Shown here: positions 39,719-52,665 of the stretch, in pieces
Numbering within the stretch: the first letter of the stretch is position 1
Layout: each line of letters opens with the position of its first letter
Origin: Octopus vulgaris
Taxonomy: Eukaryota
Reading direction: 5' to 3'
DNA: 64,000 bases
NCBI GenBank assembly: GCA_951406725.2
Contig: OX597842.1
Location: forward strand, 1,178,001 to 1,242,000
Made by a program: the position numbers and the translations under genes
Notes under the pieces: generated by a model
The model's input: only the letters and a program-made list of their open reading frames with translations
Told to the model about the DNA's origin: nothing
Database searches by the model: none

Positions 39719-40263
39719 TTTTAAAATTTGAAATATTCAGAAAGATATGAAAAATGAAGGATAATTCAGTTTGTGGAATTTTTCTGATGTTTCTTACAAA
39801 ATTTTATTTTTATGTCGAGGTTTAGGTTGCAGTTTGGAATAACAGTAGTGATAGTGGCGTTATCATCATCATCATCATCATAGGTAGTTGCAGTATTGGT
39901 GGTGGTAGTAGTAGAAGTGGTGGTAATCGCAGTTGCAGTGTAGAATAACGGTAGCGACAGTGAAGTTATCATCATCAGTAGTAGTTGTAGTAGTAGTAGC
40001 AGCAGAAGCAGTAGTAGTAGTGGAGGTGGTGGTGGTGGTAGTGGTCGCAGTTGAAGTGTTGAATAATGGTAGTGACAGTGAAGTTGTCATCATAATCATC
40101 ATCATTAGTAATAGTAGTAGTAGTAATAGTAGTAGTAGTAGTAGTATTAGTAGCAGCAGCAGCAGTAGTAGTAGTAGTGGTGGTGGTGGTGGTGAGTGAT
40201 GATTGTAGAGTTGAATAACTGTAGTGATGGAGCAGTTATCATCATCATCATCATTATTATTAA

Positions 40264-40332
<69 letters not shown>

Positions 40333-41511
40333 AATCGGTGGTGGTGGTAGTTGTAGTAGACATAGAAATGTAGACATTAAAACAATTATAACCATTGATG
40401 ATGGTGGTGGTGGTTGTGGTGACAGCGGTGTCCTTGGCTTCACTGAAAGAATTCCAAGATGTTCTGACCACTGCCTGCCTGTCCACTCTTCCAACCACAT
40501 CCTGCCCCCTTCCAGCCCCAACTCCCCACCCACCCACCCACCGCAACCAACCCCTTTCCCCTCCATCCACGCTTGTTGTAAACCAACATGTCATTCACAC
40601 GCAAACGCCACCACAAACTACGACCATTCCATCTTCGTACGTTCACCTTTTCTTTCAAAACTCCATCTAACCCACATCTGCAACGACGCAGGCATTTAGC
40701 AAGAATTCTTGTCAGCTCAGCAGATGTACGAGACGTCTGCACATAGAATTGAACGTAGCCCACAAGCAGAAGAATTTTCCAAACTAAAGTTCAGGTATTA
40801 TTGAAAGGTCAAAAGATGGAGAGGTCAGAATCGGTTTTCGTTTCAGAATTGACTCACCAAACGACCTCAGCCGTTTTCGCCTCATCTCTTCTGTGTTTCC
40901 GCCTCTGTTTTTGCCCACCTCCGCTCCTTCTTCGGTGTTATGTGCAGTTTGTAGTTTGTTCACTTCGGAACTGAATTCAATGGTGCAAAGGTACATGTGG
41001 TGGTGGTGGTGGTGGTGGTCGTGGTTGGTTGTTGTGTTTCTTAGGGATTTGAAAATAAGAATTACAAATTGCTCTTCAGGTGTTGTGTGTATGTGTGTAT
41101 ATATGTATGTTTTGTAATGAAATGAAAGACAGAGATATAAGCATATATATACACACACACATATATATATGCATATATATACAAACACACACATATATAT
41201 ACATATATCTACATATATATATATATACGTGTATATATAGACAAACATATTTATACATATATCTACATATGTATATATATGTACATATATATATATATAC
41301 ATACACACATATATGTATATATGTGTGTGTGTGTGTATGTACATATATATACATATATATATATTTATACATATTAATATGTATATGTATATATATGTGT
41401 ATATATATACACATACATACATGTATATATATATATGTATGTATATATATGTGTGCGTATATACACATATATGCATGCGTATATACATCCATCCATGCAT
41501 ATATGCATATG

Positions 41512-41562
<51 letters not shown>

Positions 41563-42373
41563 ATATACAAACATGTGGATGTGTTTATGTTTGTGTGTGT
41601 GTCTGTGTGTATATGAGAGAGAGGTGAGATATTTGTTTACAGCAACAAGCTGGCAGAATCATTACCACACTTGACAATATGCTTTGCAGCATATTGTCAA
41701 TAATCGTGTTCTGAGTTCAAATACGGCTGAGGTCGACATTGTTTTCTTCCTTCCAGGGTCAATAAAATAACTACCAATAGAGCAGTGGGATTGATGTAAT
41801 CAACTTACCCCACTCTCCCAAAATATAAAACCATTATATATATATCTGTTTATATATATATATATATATATTTTTCTTTTACTTGTTTCAGTCATTTGAC
41901 TGTGGCCATGCTGGAGCACTGCCTTTAGTTGAACAAATCAACCCCAGCACTTATACTTTGTAATAACAGTACCTATTCTATTGGTCTTTTTTGCTGAACT
42001 GCTACGTTATGGGGACATGAACACTCTAACATCAGTTGCCAAGCGACAAATACAAAAGGGAACAAATACAGAGACACAAATACACACACACACACACACA
42101 CATATATACGATGGGATTCTTTCAGTTTCCATCTATCTAATCCACTCACAAGGATTTGGTCAGCCCCAGGCTACATTTTTTATCTATGGACCCCATTGAT
42201 TACCATTTTATTCAGGTGGACTCTTATAGCCATTCACTGAATTTTGTTCTTCACCCATTAACTTGTGTTGGTTGAACAATGTAAGACATTAGAGAAGGAA
42301 ACACAGTTCTATATTTAAGAGATGAGGAATTATTTACCTTTGACTGATATTTGTCCTCATCTTGTTTGTTGTT

Positions 42374-42419
42374 AACACAACGTTTCGGCTGATATATCCT
42401 CCAGCTTTCATCAGGTGTC
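42374..42419 (-). ncRNA. Minimal type I hammerhead ribozyme motif
   Basis: Minus strand reads GACAC-CUGAUGA-A-AGCUG-(10-nt loop)-CAGCC-GAAACGUU-GUGUU: stem I GACAC/GUGUU, palindromic ACGU stem III, GUU triplet. Confidence 0.7.
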
Positions 42420-42503
42420 TTGGGAAAATTTTGAACCTAGGTTCTCATTCCTAAGGCATTTTCAATGTTGTTGTTATTATGATTATTATTATTATTATTA
42501 TTA

Positions 42504-42585
42504 TGCCCACGGGCATATGGCATAGTGGTTAAGAGCACAGGCTACTGACCCCAAGATTCCGAGTTCGATTCCAAGCAGTGACCTG
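42504..42585 (+). other. tRNA-like Pol III promoter head (not a bona fide tRNA)
   Basis: A-box TGGCATAGTGG and B-box GAGTTCGATTCC at tRNA spacing; acceptor stem does not pair well. Confidence 0.7.
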
Positions 42586-42675
42586 AATAATAATAATAAT
42601 AATAATGATAATAATAATAATAATACCATCGAAAAATACCTTAGGAATGAGAACCCAGGTTTGAAATTTCCCCAA

Positions 42676-42721
42676 TACTCCTGAAGAAGGCTCGAGGATA
42701 TATCAGCCGAAAGGTTGTGTT
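42676..42721 (+). ncRNA. Degenerate hammerhead motif (right arm)
   Basis: TACTC-CTGAAGA-A-GGCTC-GAGGATATAT-CAGCC-GAAAGGTT-GTGTT; core retained, stems I and III mutated. Confidence 0.5.
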
Positions 42722-42836
42722 AACAACAAACAAGATGAGGACAAATGTCCATCAAATGTAAATAATATAAATAATGTAAATTAGAGAAGGAAACCTAAGT
42801 GGTTTTTGCAATGCATACCAATACATACATCTAAAG

Positions 42837-43127
42837 CAGGGGTTCTCAACCATTTTTTATTTATGGACCCCTTTGATTGCTATTTTATTCTGGTGGACCC
42901 TTGTAGCCATTCAATAAATTTTGTGTAGGTTTTGATTATGTAAAACGTTTGAGAAAGAAACCAAGATCTTTCTTCCAATTCATAGCAAGACATACATTTA
43001 AAGCATAAATTTTCAGGGGCCCTTGAAATAGTATTGTGGATCCCCAGTTTACTATTTTGCTGTGTGAACCCCCAAGAATCTTACACAGACCCTCAGGGGC
43101 CACACGGACCCTACTTCAGAACCACTG
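42837..43127. mobile_element. hAT/Charlie-like MITE
   Basis: TIRs CAGGGGTTCTCAAC / TTCAGAACCACTG; internal part also duplicated at ~42176-42236. Confidence 0.65.
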
Positions 43128-43969
43128 CTTTACTCTATTGACACCTGACAACATGACATATTGCCACCTCCCGTTTCTAATCAAGGGGGTTATTTCTGTC
43201 TTGGGAGTTACTCGGTGACCCCTCCACAGAGTGCTAGAGTTATAGAAAAAAGGTGCCCGGTCCACTCTGTAAAGTGGTTAGCATTAGGAACAGCATCTAG
43301 TAACAAGAACCATGCCAAAGCAGACACTAGAGCCTTGTGCAGTCCTCTGGCTTGTTTGACCCTGTGAAACCATCCAACCTATGCCACCAGGGAACATGGA
43401 CATTAGATGATGATGATTATGAGAATGATAATGATGATGTCAATGATGATGATAGTGATGATGATAATGGTAATGATGATTGTAATAATGGAGATGGTGA
43501 GAGTGGTGGTGGTAATGATGATGAGCATGATCATGATAGTGACGATCTGATAGTGATGATGATGATGGTGATAATGACAATGATGATGATAGTGATGATG
43601 ATAATGGTAATGATGATGACGACAACAATGGTGATGATGATGGTGATGGTGGTGATGATGATGATGATGTGATGATAACAATGACAACGATGATAGGTGG
43701 TGATGATAATGATAATGAAGATGACTGATGATGATGATGATGGTGGTAATGATGATGATGGGGATGATGATGATGATGGTTTTGATGATGGTGATGATGA
43801 TGGTGGTGATGATGGTGATGATGATGGTGGTGATGATGGTGATGATGATGATGGTGGTGATGATAGCGATGCTGATGATGATGATTAATGACAATGATTG
43901 ATAATAAACGATGATGACGATAATACTGATAACAATGTCAACAACCATAATAATGATGTCAATAATAAT

Positions 43970-46020
43970 GAGGAAATATATTTATCTGCAGACTTCCAGG
44001 AAAATCTGATGGAATATTTAACCAAAAATTTCCAATGTCACTTTGTCATATTGGTAAAAAAAGCAAAAAAAAAAAAACAAGGATACGAACTTTAAGAAAA
44101 ATTTTTTCTAAAACTTTTATCTCTGTACAAATATATTTTGTGATATTTTCCAAAAGGAAAAATGGTGAAAAATAAAGAAAATTTATCTAGGTTTGTTTCG
44201 TATTATTTCATGAATAAAGGATAAGAAATTTCACTAAATTTATCTCAGTTTTCTTTATCGTATATCATAATTCAAGTCTTCATAGAAAATCTTGGAAATA
44301 CTAAGAAATTTCAGCAAAATTTCCCCTCAAATATTTAAGAATACGAAGATGACATCTTTGTAAAGTTTTACTGGAAAAAAGAACTGTAAGAAGTTTGGCC
44401 AAAATTTGTTCTGATATCTCAAATTGCATAATTTACTTATCTAGATTTTTCTTAAGAAAGAAATAATATATGAAAGAAGAGAAATTTTCTTTGAATGCTC
44501 TGAAAGATATCTATAGAGCTAATACAAAACTGATAACCTGCACTTGCGCTAAAATTTGTTTAGAATATCTAGATGTACTTTTACACAAAGTTTATTTTTA
44601 TAGTAAACCGAATAAAATAAGGGATTTTTACTAAAATTGTCCTTGAAACATTTAACAGATAACCAGATGGTTTATGAGAAATGGTTAGGGAATTTAAAAA
44701 AGTTTTTTGTTTGAAATTTTTTTCAAGAATATCTATACAAAAGTCATTGTGGAATTTTATTGAAAATAGAATAAGAAATTTCATCAAAATTTTCTGTGAA
44801 ACATTTAAAGATATTTAGGTATATTTCTCAAAAGCATTTTTAAACAAAATTTAACTGGATCTAACTAATTTTTTCTAAAATTGTCCTTGAAACACTCGGC
44901 AGATATCCAAATGGTTTGTGAGAAATAGGGAATTAAAAAAATTTCTTATGGAATTTTTTGAAGACCATGTATACAAACTACTCTGTTGTGCTTTATTGAA
45001 AATAGAATCAGAATATTAACCAAAATATTCTGTAAAACATTTAAAGAATATCTATATATATTTCTGTAAAGTATTTTATGAAAGAAAGACAGAAAAATAA
45101 GGCAAGCTTAAATGAAAAATGAAAAAATATCAAGATGGATATTGTTTTTCAGAGAGAAAATTTTCGGAAAAGCAATAAAATATTTGACCAAATTTCTGCC
45201 TTTTTTGATTTTTTTTTTTTGTGTGTGCGTGTGTTTTATGAAAAGGAATAAGAAATTTAACTGACATTTTCTTCTGAAACAATGAAATAATGCCTTGATA
45301 TCATTCTTTATGATGTGTTAGGGAAAAAAAAAAAGAATATTATTTCAAAATCTAACTTAATTTTTCCTTTAAACATTTATCTGTTATTTAGAATGTAGTT
45401 CTTCTGAGAGTTTGATAATAAAAAGAAGTGTAAATTTAATTGAAGTTTGCTTAGAAAGATTTATAACATCTATGGATCGACTTATTTGCTGCATATTATC
45501 AAAAAGAAACGATAAATTAAAAGAAAATTTTCTCTGAAACTTGCATAAGATATCTAGATGTATTTTATTCACAGAAGGCATAAAACTGAAATTCATTCTG
45601 AATTGCTGCAGGATGTATAAACCTCTTTCTCATGTTTTAAGTTGAATAAAAAAAAAAACAGAAAGGTATTTCAACAAAATAGCCTCGTACCCTTACATAA
45701 AATATTCTAATAGATTTTTTTTCCTGAGTTCTTTGAAAATATCATGAAATATTCAAAAAAGTACCTGAAATATCCAAACTTAATCAAATTGGTCTTTTGG
45801 CTGTATTTAATGAATAAGCGATAAGATACTACCCAAAACTTTCTCAAGCACTGAAATGTACTTAGTTGTATCAATAGTGTTTTATGAAACAAGGATAAGA
45901 TATTTAAAAATTTTCTTCCAAAAGTTTTAAAGAATATCTAAATTTTCCTTGTAAAAATTCCTGTTAAAAGTTGAAGACATTTTAAAGAAATTTTCGATTT
46001 TTATATTAAGAAAGAAATCC
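43970..46020. repeat. Ancient AT-rich degenerate tandem repeat (~70-80 bp), resuming at 49180-49550 and 52230-52500
   Basis: Recurrent TTTTATGAAA...ATAAGAAATTT...AAAATTTTCT.TGAAACATTTAAAGAATATCTA motifs. Confidence 0.6.
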
Positions 46021-46245
46021 AGATTGCTTTTATCTTCCATCTTTGACTTGTTCAATCATTGGATTGCGGCCATGCTAGGGCACTGCCTTCAATAATTTTA
46101 GATGAAGGAATCAACCCAAGTATTTATTTCTTTAAAGCTTGGTATTTAATATATCAGTCTCTTTTGCTGAGCTGCTAAGTTACAGAGACCAACAATGGCT
46201 GTCAAGTGGTAGTGGGGACAAACACAAACAAAAACACACACACAT

Positions 46246-46276
<31 letters not shown>

Positions 46277-46279
46277 ACA

Positions 46280-46316
<37 letters not shown>

Positions 46317-46624
46317 ATATATATAGGTATATTAAGTATATGATTTAACTTACTAAACAAAATTCAACAAATTCAATCATATTTTACATAAATGGAGGAA
46401 ATTAAAAAATACATATATATATATATAGTGAGAATTAACAACAAAAAAAACGAAGACGGGTGCATAAACAAAACACAGGTATATTAGTTTAATGCTCTGG
46501 AAGTGAGAAAATCTTTTACGTTTAGAGCTTACGCTCTTCGATAGAAAGGAAGACAGAAATAAACATGTATATATATATATATATAGACATATATAAATAT
46601 ATATACATATATACAGACATATAT

Positions 46625-46657
<33 letters not shown>

Positions 46658-46679
46658 CACATAGGCATAAATATACATA

Positions 46680-47059
46680 CACTTGCGTCAGAAATTAATT
46701 AGCACTTCTCAAATTTCTACATTAAATAGGTTAAATCAATTAACCTATGAGCTGTTCAAAACGTCTTACGCGATGAGAAAACTTAGTATGGTGTGATTTC
46801 GGTCCTTGCGAGGCGCTACCTATATCTATTAAACAAAGGAAGATTTGTCTGCATCCGCACTCCAAGTTGTTGTTGCACTGCTATGTCAACATCATAAGGC
46901 TGTAGACTCTCAAACTGCTCTGCAAACAAAGTTACGTCATCGTTCTGCGCAACAGTGAACTCACAACAAAGCAATAGTTCGAGATATGGCTACTAGGTGA
47001 CAGAATATACCTTGAGTGAAGAGCAAATCAAGGGTGCTAATTAATTTCTGACGGTAGTG
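46680..47059. mobile_element. Tc1-type MITE / internally deleted element
   Basis: TIRs CACTTGCGTCAGAAATTAATTAGCAC / GTGCTAATTAATTTCTGACGGTAGTG with TA flanks. Confidence 0.8.
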
Positions 47060-48421
47060 TATATACATACATACATACACACACATATATCTACACACAT
47101 AGACACATATATAGACATATACATATATAAACATATTTAGACACATATATATGCATATATAGACATATATGTACATATAAGTATATAGACACACACACAT
47201 ATAAATATATATACATACATACCTATACTTATAAAGATAAATTAAGTAAAGAGATATTCTATTGACGTTCAATAGTCCAACAAATATTTCGATGTATATA
47301 TTTTCTCCTGATATACATAATCACAGTTCAATTATATAATAAGTCTCTTCAGGCCCAATTCAGTTCAGAAAGACAAAATCCCATCAGGAAAGGATGGCGG
47401 GATTCATCATCATCATCATCATCATCGTTTAACGTCCGTTTTCCGTGCTAGCATGGGTTGGACGGTTCAACCGGGGTCTGGGAAGCCAGGGGCTGCTCCA
47501 GGCTCCAGTCTGATCTGGCAGTGTTTCTACGGCTGGATGCCCTTCCTAACGCCAACCACTCCGCGAGTGTAGTGGGTGCTTTTTATGTGCCACCGACACA
47601 GAAGCCAGTTGCGGCGGTGCTGGCATCGGCTACGTTCGGATAGTGCTTTTCATGTGCATAAAAAGCACTATCCAAATGTGGCCGATGCCAGCACCGCCCG
47701 AGTGGCTTCTGTGCCGGTGGCACATAAAAAGCACCATCCGAACGTGGGCGATGCCAGCACCGCCCCGACTGGCTTCTGTGCCGGTGGCACATAAAAAGCA
47801 CCATCCGAACGTAAAAATTAATTCAAATGTCTGTGTTGTGAGCATGAGCATTAACTATTCAACCTTACATCAATTACAATTAAAAAACAACAAAAACATT
47901 TTAACGGACGATACAATCAAGGAAGTGCAATCCACAACCACCGAAATTCACTTCATTACATCTCAAACACATACCAATTGAAACCCTTTTATGTCCACCA
48001 AGATAGTCTCTTGTCATCACAACATTCAATGATAATATATGTGTGTGTATATAAATGTATATAATTAAGTATCCAAGTCTTGTACATGTAACTACAATGA
48101 AAAATATAAACAATTACAACTTCAATACAACAACTCTTTTATCTATTTAAATTAGTTGGTATGAAAAAATTAATTGTTTAAATTAACTAATAATCTGTTG
48201 TGTCTGGGGAGAGGCATTCTCTTTTTGGGCCTTATAATTCAACACACTCACTGGTAAAATTTCCAATTATTCCTTATTTTTATTTTCCTAAAATTTTCGT
48301 TGCATCTTGCAAACTTTTCAATAGTCTTAACTCTTTTACCGAACTGCTAAGTGACGGGGATATAAACACACTACCATCAGTTGTCAAGCAATGTTGGGGG
48401 AACAAACACAGACACACACAC

Positions 48422-48468
<47 letters not shown>

Positions 48469-49716
48469 CATATATATATATATACATATACATATATATG
48501 ATGGGCTTCTTTCAGTTTCCATCTACTAAATCTACTTACAAGGCTTTGGTCAACCTGAGGCTATAGTAGAATACACTTGCCCAAGTTTCCATACAGTGGG
48601 ACTGAACCCGGAACCATGTGGTTGGTAAGAAAGCTACTTAATCTATGGCCGTTGCCAGCGCCACCCTGACTGGCCTCATGCCAGTGGCACATAAAAAGCA
48701 TCTGCCATTCGTGGCCATTGACAGCCTCGCCTAGCCCACGTGCGGGTGGCATGTAAAAAGCACCATCCGATCGTGGCTGTTTGCCAGCCTCGTCTGGCAC
48801 CTGTGCCGATGGCACATAAAAAGCACCCAATACACTCAGGGAGTGGTTGGCATTAGGAATGGCATCCAGCCGTAGAAACATTGCCAGATCAGACTGGGCC
48901 TGGTGCAGCCTTCTGGCTTCCCAGATCCCAGTTGAACCGTCCAACCCATGCTAGCATGGAAAGCGGACGCTAAACGATGATGATGATTTATTATTTTCTC
49001 GTAGGGATAATTATGTAGTAGATATAAAAATAAACCAAATCCATTCACATGGCTTAGATCAGGCTGGGGCTTAAGAAGACACTTGCCCAAGATGCCATGC
49101 AGTGGGACTGAACTTGGAACCATGTGGTTAGGAAGCAAACCTCTTACCACACAGCTACGCCTGCTCCTACTTCTTTGCCGACTTTTATGGAAACAGCTGT
49201 AAAATTTGACCAAAACATTCAAATGCTATTTAAGTGCAAATTTGTTTTAGAACGTTATTTTGAGAAAAAAATTAAAGATTAAATTGCCATTTCCTCTATA
49301 AAACGAAGATTTGTAAAATTTTTTTATGGAGTTCATTGCTGTCTTTTGCAAAATAAAGATGAGAAATGTAACAAGATTTTGCTGTAAAACACTTCAAGGA
49401 TAAATAGAGATCTAACTGTAATTTCTTATCACACTTGCAGGAAAAATATTAAAAAATTTCATCAGGAATTCTGCAAGAATTTCCAAAGAAGACCTAACGT
49501 TCTTCTTGTGTTTTATGAAAAATATTAAAATAAATGTTAAAATAAAAAAATATTAGGCATAAGAGTGGCTGTGTGGTAAGTAGCTTGCTTACCAACCACA
49601 AGGTTCTGGGTTCAGTCCCACTGTGTTGCACCTTGGGCAAGTGTCTTCTACTATAGCCTCGGGCCGACCAAAGCTTTGTGAGTGGATTTGGTAGATGGAA
49701 ACTGAAAGAAGCCTGT

Positions 49717-49760
<44 letters not shown>

Positions 49761-50399
49761 TGTGTGTGTATATGTTTGTCCCCCTAGTATTGCTTGACAA
49801 CCGATGCTGGTGTGTTTACGTCCCCGTCACTTAGCGGTTCGGCAAAAGAGACCAATCAAAATAAGTACTAGGCTTACAAAGAATAAGTCCTGGGGTCGAT
49901 TTGCTCCAGCATGGCCACAGTTAAGTGACTGAAACAAGTAAAAGAGTAACAAAAAGTGCTAAAACAAATAGGTGCGGGCATGGCTATGTGGTAAGACACT
50001 TGCTTTCCAACCATGTGGTTCTAGGTTCAGTCTCACTGGATGGCACCATGGGCAAGTGTCTTCTATCATAGCATCAGACTGACCAAAGCCTTCTGAGTGG
50101 ATTTGGTAGAAGGAAACTGAAAGAAGCCCATTGTATATATACATATGTATATGTCTATATGTGTGTGTTTTGTGTTTGTGTTTTTTCCCCAATCACTTGA
50201 TAACCAGTGTTGGTGTGTTTATGTCCATGTAACTTAGCAGTTCGGCAGAAGAAACTGATTAATTAAGTGCTAGGCTTTAAAAAAAAATAAATCCTTGGGT
50301 CAGTTTTTTCAGCTAAAAAAATCATTTAAGGCAGTGCTCCAGCATGGCTGCACACAAATGACTGAACCAAGCAATAGAATAAAAAATAAATCAATAATA

Positions 50400-50550
50400 A
50401 CTGTGGAGGGAATCTGGTGTAGAGGTAGACACAGGAAGACATGGGACGAAGTGGTGAAGCATGACCTTCAAAGTTTGAGCCTTATGGAGGCAATGACTAG
50501 TGACTGAGACCTTTAGTGACATGCTGTGCTTGAGAGGACCCATCAAGCCA
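50400..50550 (+). pseudogene. RTE LINE 3'-terminal fragment
   Basis: TVEGIWCRGRHRKTWDEVVKHDLQSLSLMEAMTSD, same family as 33780-34398. Confidence 0.8.
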
Positions 50551-50586
50551 AGTGCACCTATGCTGGTGGCACATAAAGAACCCCTT

Positions 50587-51345
50587 ACGAGTGTTGGGCC
50601 TCACAGAAGCAAAGTGGCTGAGCTCATTTTGAGCGTTGGGTCTCACAGAAGCAAAGTGGCTGAGCTCATTTTGAGCGTTGGGTCTCACAGAAGCAAAGTG
50701 GCTGAGCTCATTTTGAGCGTTGGGTCTCACAGAAGCAAAGTGGCTGAGCTCATTTTGAGCGTTGGGTCTCACAGAAGCAAAGTGGCTGAGCTCATTTTGA
50801 GCGTTGGGCCTCACAGAAGCAAAGTGGCTGAGCTCATTTTGAGCGTTGGGTCTCACAGAAACAAAGTGGCTGAGTTCATTTTGAGCGTTGGGTCTCACAG
50901 AAGCAAAGTGGCTGAGCTCATTTTGAGCGTTGGGTCTCACAGAAGCAAAGTGGCTGAGCTCATTTTGAGCGTTGGGCCTCACAGAAGCAAAGTGGCTGAG
51001 CTCATTTTGAGCGTTGGGTCTCACAGAAGCAAAGTGGCTGAGCTCATTTTGAGCGTTGGGTCTCACAGAAGCAAAGTGGCTGAGCTCATTTTGAGCGTTG
51101 GGTCTCACAGAAGCAAAGTGGCTGAGCTCATTTTGAGCGTTGGGTCTCACAGAAGCAAAGTGGCTGAGCTCATTTTGAGCGTTGGGTCTCACAGAAGCAA
51201 AGTGGCTGAGCTCATTTTGAGCGTTGGGTCTCACAGAAGCAAAGTGGCTGAGCTCATTTTGAGCGTTGGGTCTCACAGAAGCAAAGTGGCTGAGCTCATT
51301 TTGAGCGTTGGGTCTCACAGAAGCAAAGTGGCTGAGTTCCTTTCA
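50587..51345. repeat. Minisatellite, ~18 x 42 bp (TTGAGCGTTGGGTCTCACAGAAGCAAAGTGGCTGAGCTCATT)
   Basis: 14-aa periodicity in both overlapping ORFs; near-identical contiguous units with no spacers. Confidence 0.95.
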
Positions 51346-52665
51346 GCCTCACAGAAGCAAAATGGCTGAGTACCTTTAGAATTTTGGGCCTCATGGAGGC
51401 AATGACTAAGACCTTTGGCATTATGTCATGCTTGAGAAGAAGACCCGTCAAGGTGAGCAAAATCACAGTCATGGCAGATACCAGTGTTATGCAAATTGGC
51501 ACCTGTGCGGGTGGCACATAAAAGCACCCCGGTGGCATGTAAAAGCAAATATTACTCTCTTGGAGTAGCTGCTGTTAGGAAGGGCATCCAGCCGTAGAAA
51601 ATCATACCAAATCAAACTGGAATTTGGTGCAGCCTTCCAGCGTGCCAGCCCGATCAAACCGTCCAACCCATGCCAGCATGGACAATGGACATTAAATGAT
51701 GATGACAATCATGATTATATATACAAAAAGCTTCTTTCAATTTCCCTCTACCAAATCCACTCAGAAGGCTTTGGTCAGCCTGAGACTATAGTAGGAGACA
51801 CTTGCCCAAGGTGCTGCACAGAAACCCTGGCAGAAACGTTAGCATGCTGGGTGAAATGTTTAGCAGCATTTCGTCTGTTTTTACATTCTGAGTTCAAATT
51901 CCGCTGTGGTCAACTTTGCCTTTCATCCTTTCGGGGTCGGTAAATAAAGTACAAGTTATGCACTGGGGTCAATGTAATTGACTTAATCCTGTTGTCTGTC
52001 CTTGTTTGTCCCCTCTATGTTTAGCCCCTTGTGGGCAATAAAGAAATAAGAAACGTTAGCATGCTGGGAGAAATGCTTAGCAGTATTTTATCTACCGTTA
52101 TGTTATGAGTTAAAATCCCGTCGAGGTCGACTTTGTCTTTATTGCCCATTGAGGGCAATAAACAAATGAGACTGAACCCAGAACCATGTGACTAGGAAGC
52201 AAATCTCTAACCACACAGCCATGCCTGCATTTATATATTTAAAGAAAGATATAAAATACTCTGCAAATGGTTTTTGATAGCTAAACGTACGTCTGTATTT
52301 TATGAGATATAGGATAAGAAGTTTAGGAAAATAACATTGGAAACAATGAAATGTTATCTATATGGTCATCTTCTGGGTGTTTTATGAAACCAAAAACTAA
52401 AATGGAGAAAAAAGATAAGGAATTCGGTCAGAATTTTCTCTGAAACATTTAGAGGATGTTAAGAATCATAAATTTATTTTACTGTTCGGGGAAAAAAGTA
52501 ACTAATATATAGAGAAAAATGAATAAAACTGAAGGAATTTAGTTGAAATGTTGTCCTCGGGAATATTAAAATGATGATGTTTATCAGCAGTATTTTAACA
52601 ACCACCACCACCAATACCATTATCATCACTATTATCAGTACTACTACTACCATCATCAACGGCAG

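Larger units (their letters stand above)
42303..42780 (+). mobile_element. Composite non-autonomous element: inverted Penelope-like termini with hammerhead motifs flanking a tRNA-like head; 14-bp TSD
   Basis: TSD TTAGAGAAGGAAAC at 42289-42302 and 42781-42794; arms ~42330-42470 vs ~42625-42762 are inverted; tRNA-like segment at 42504-42585. Confidence 0.8.

Noticed and set aside
50587-51345. CRISPR-like array, or the 273/289-aa repeat-protein ORFs
   Set aside because: Units are contiguous with no unique spacers, no cas genes are present, and the context is eukaryotic. The ORFs are open only because 42 is a multiple of 3.
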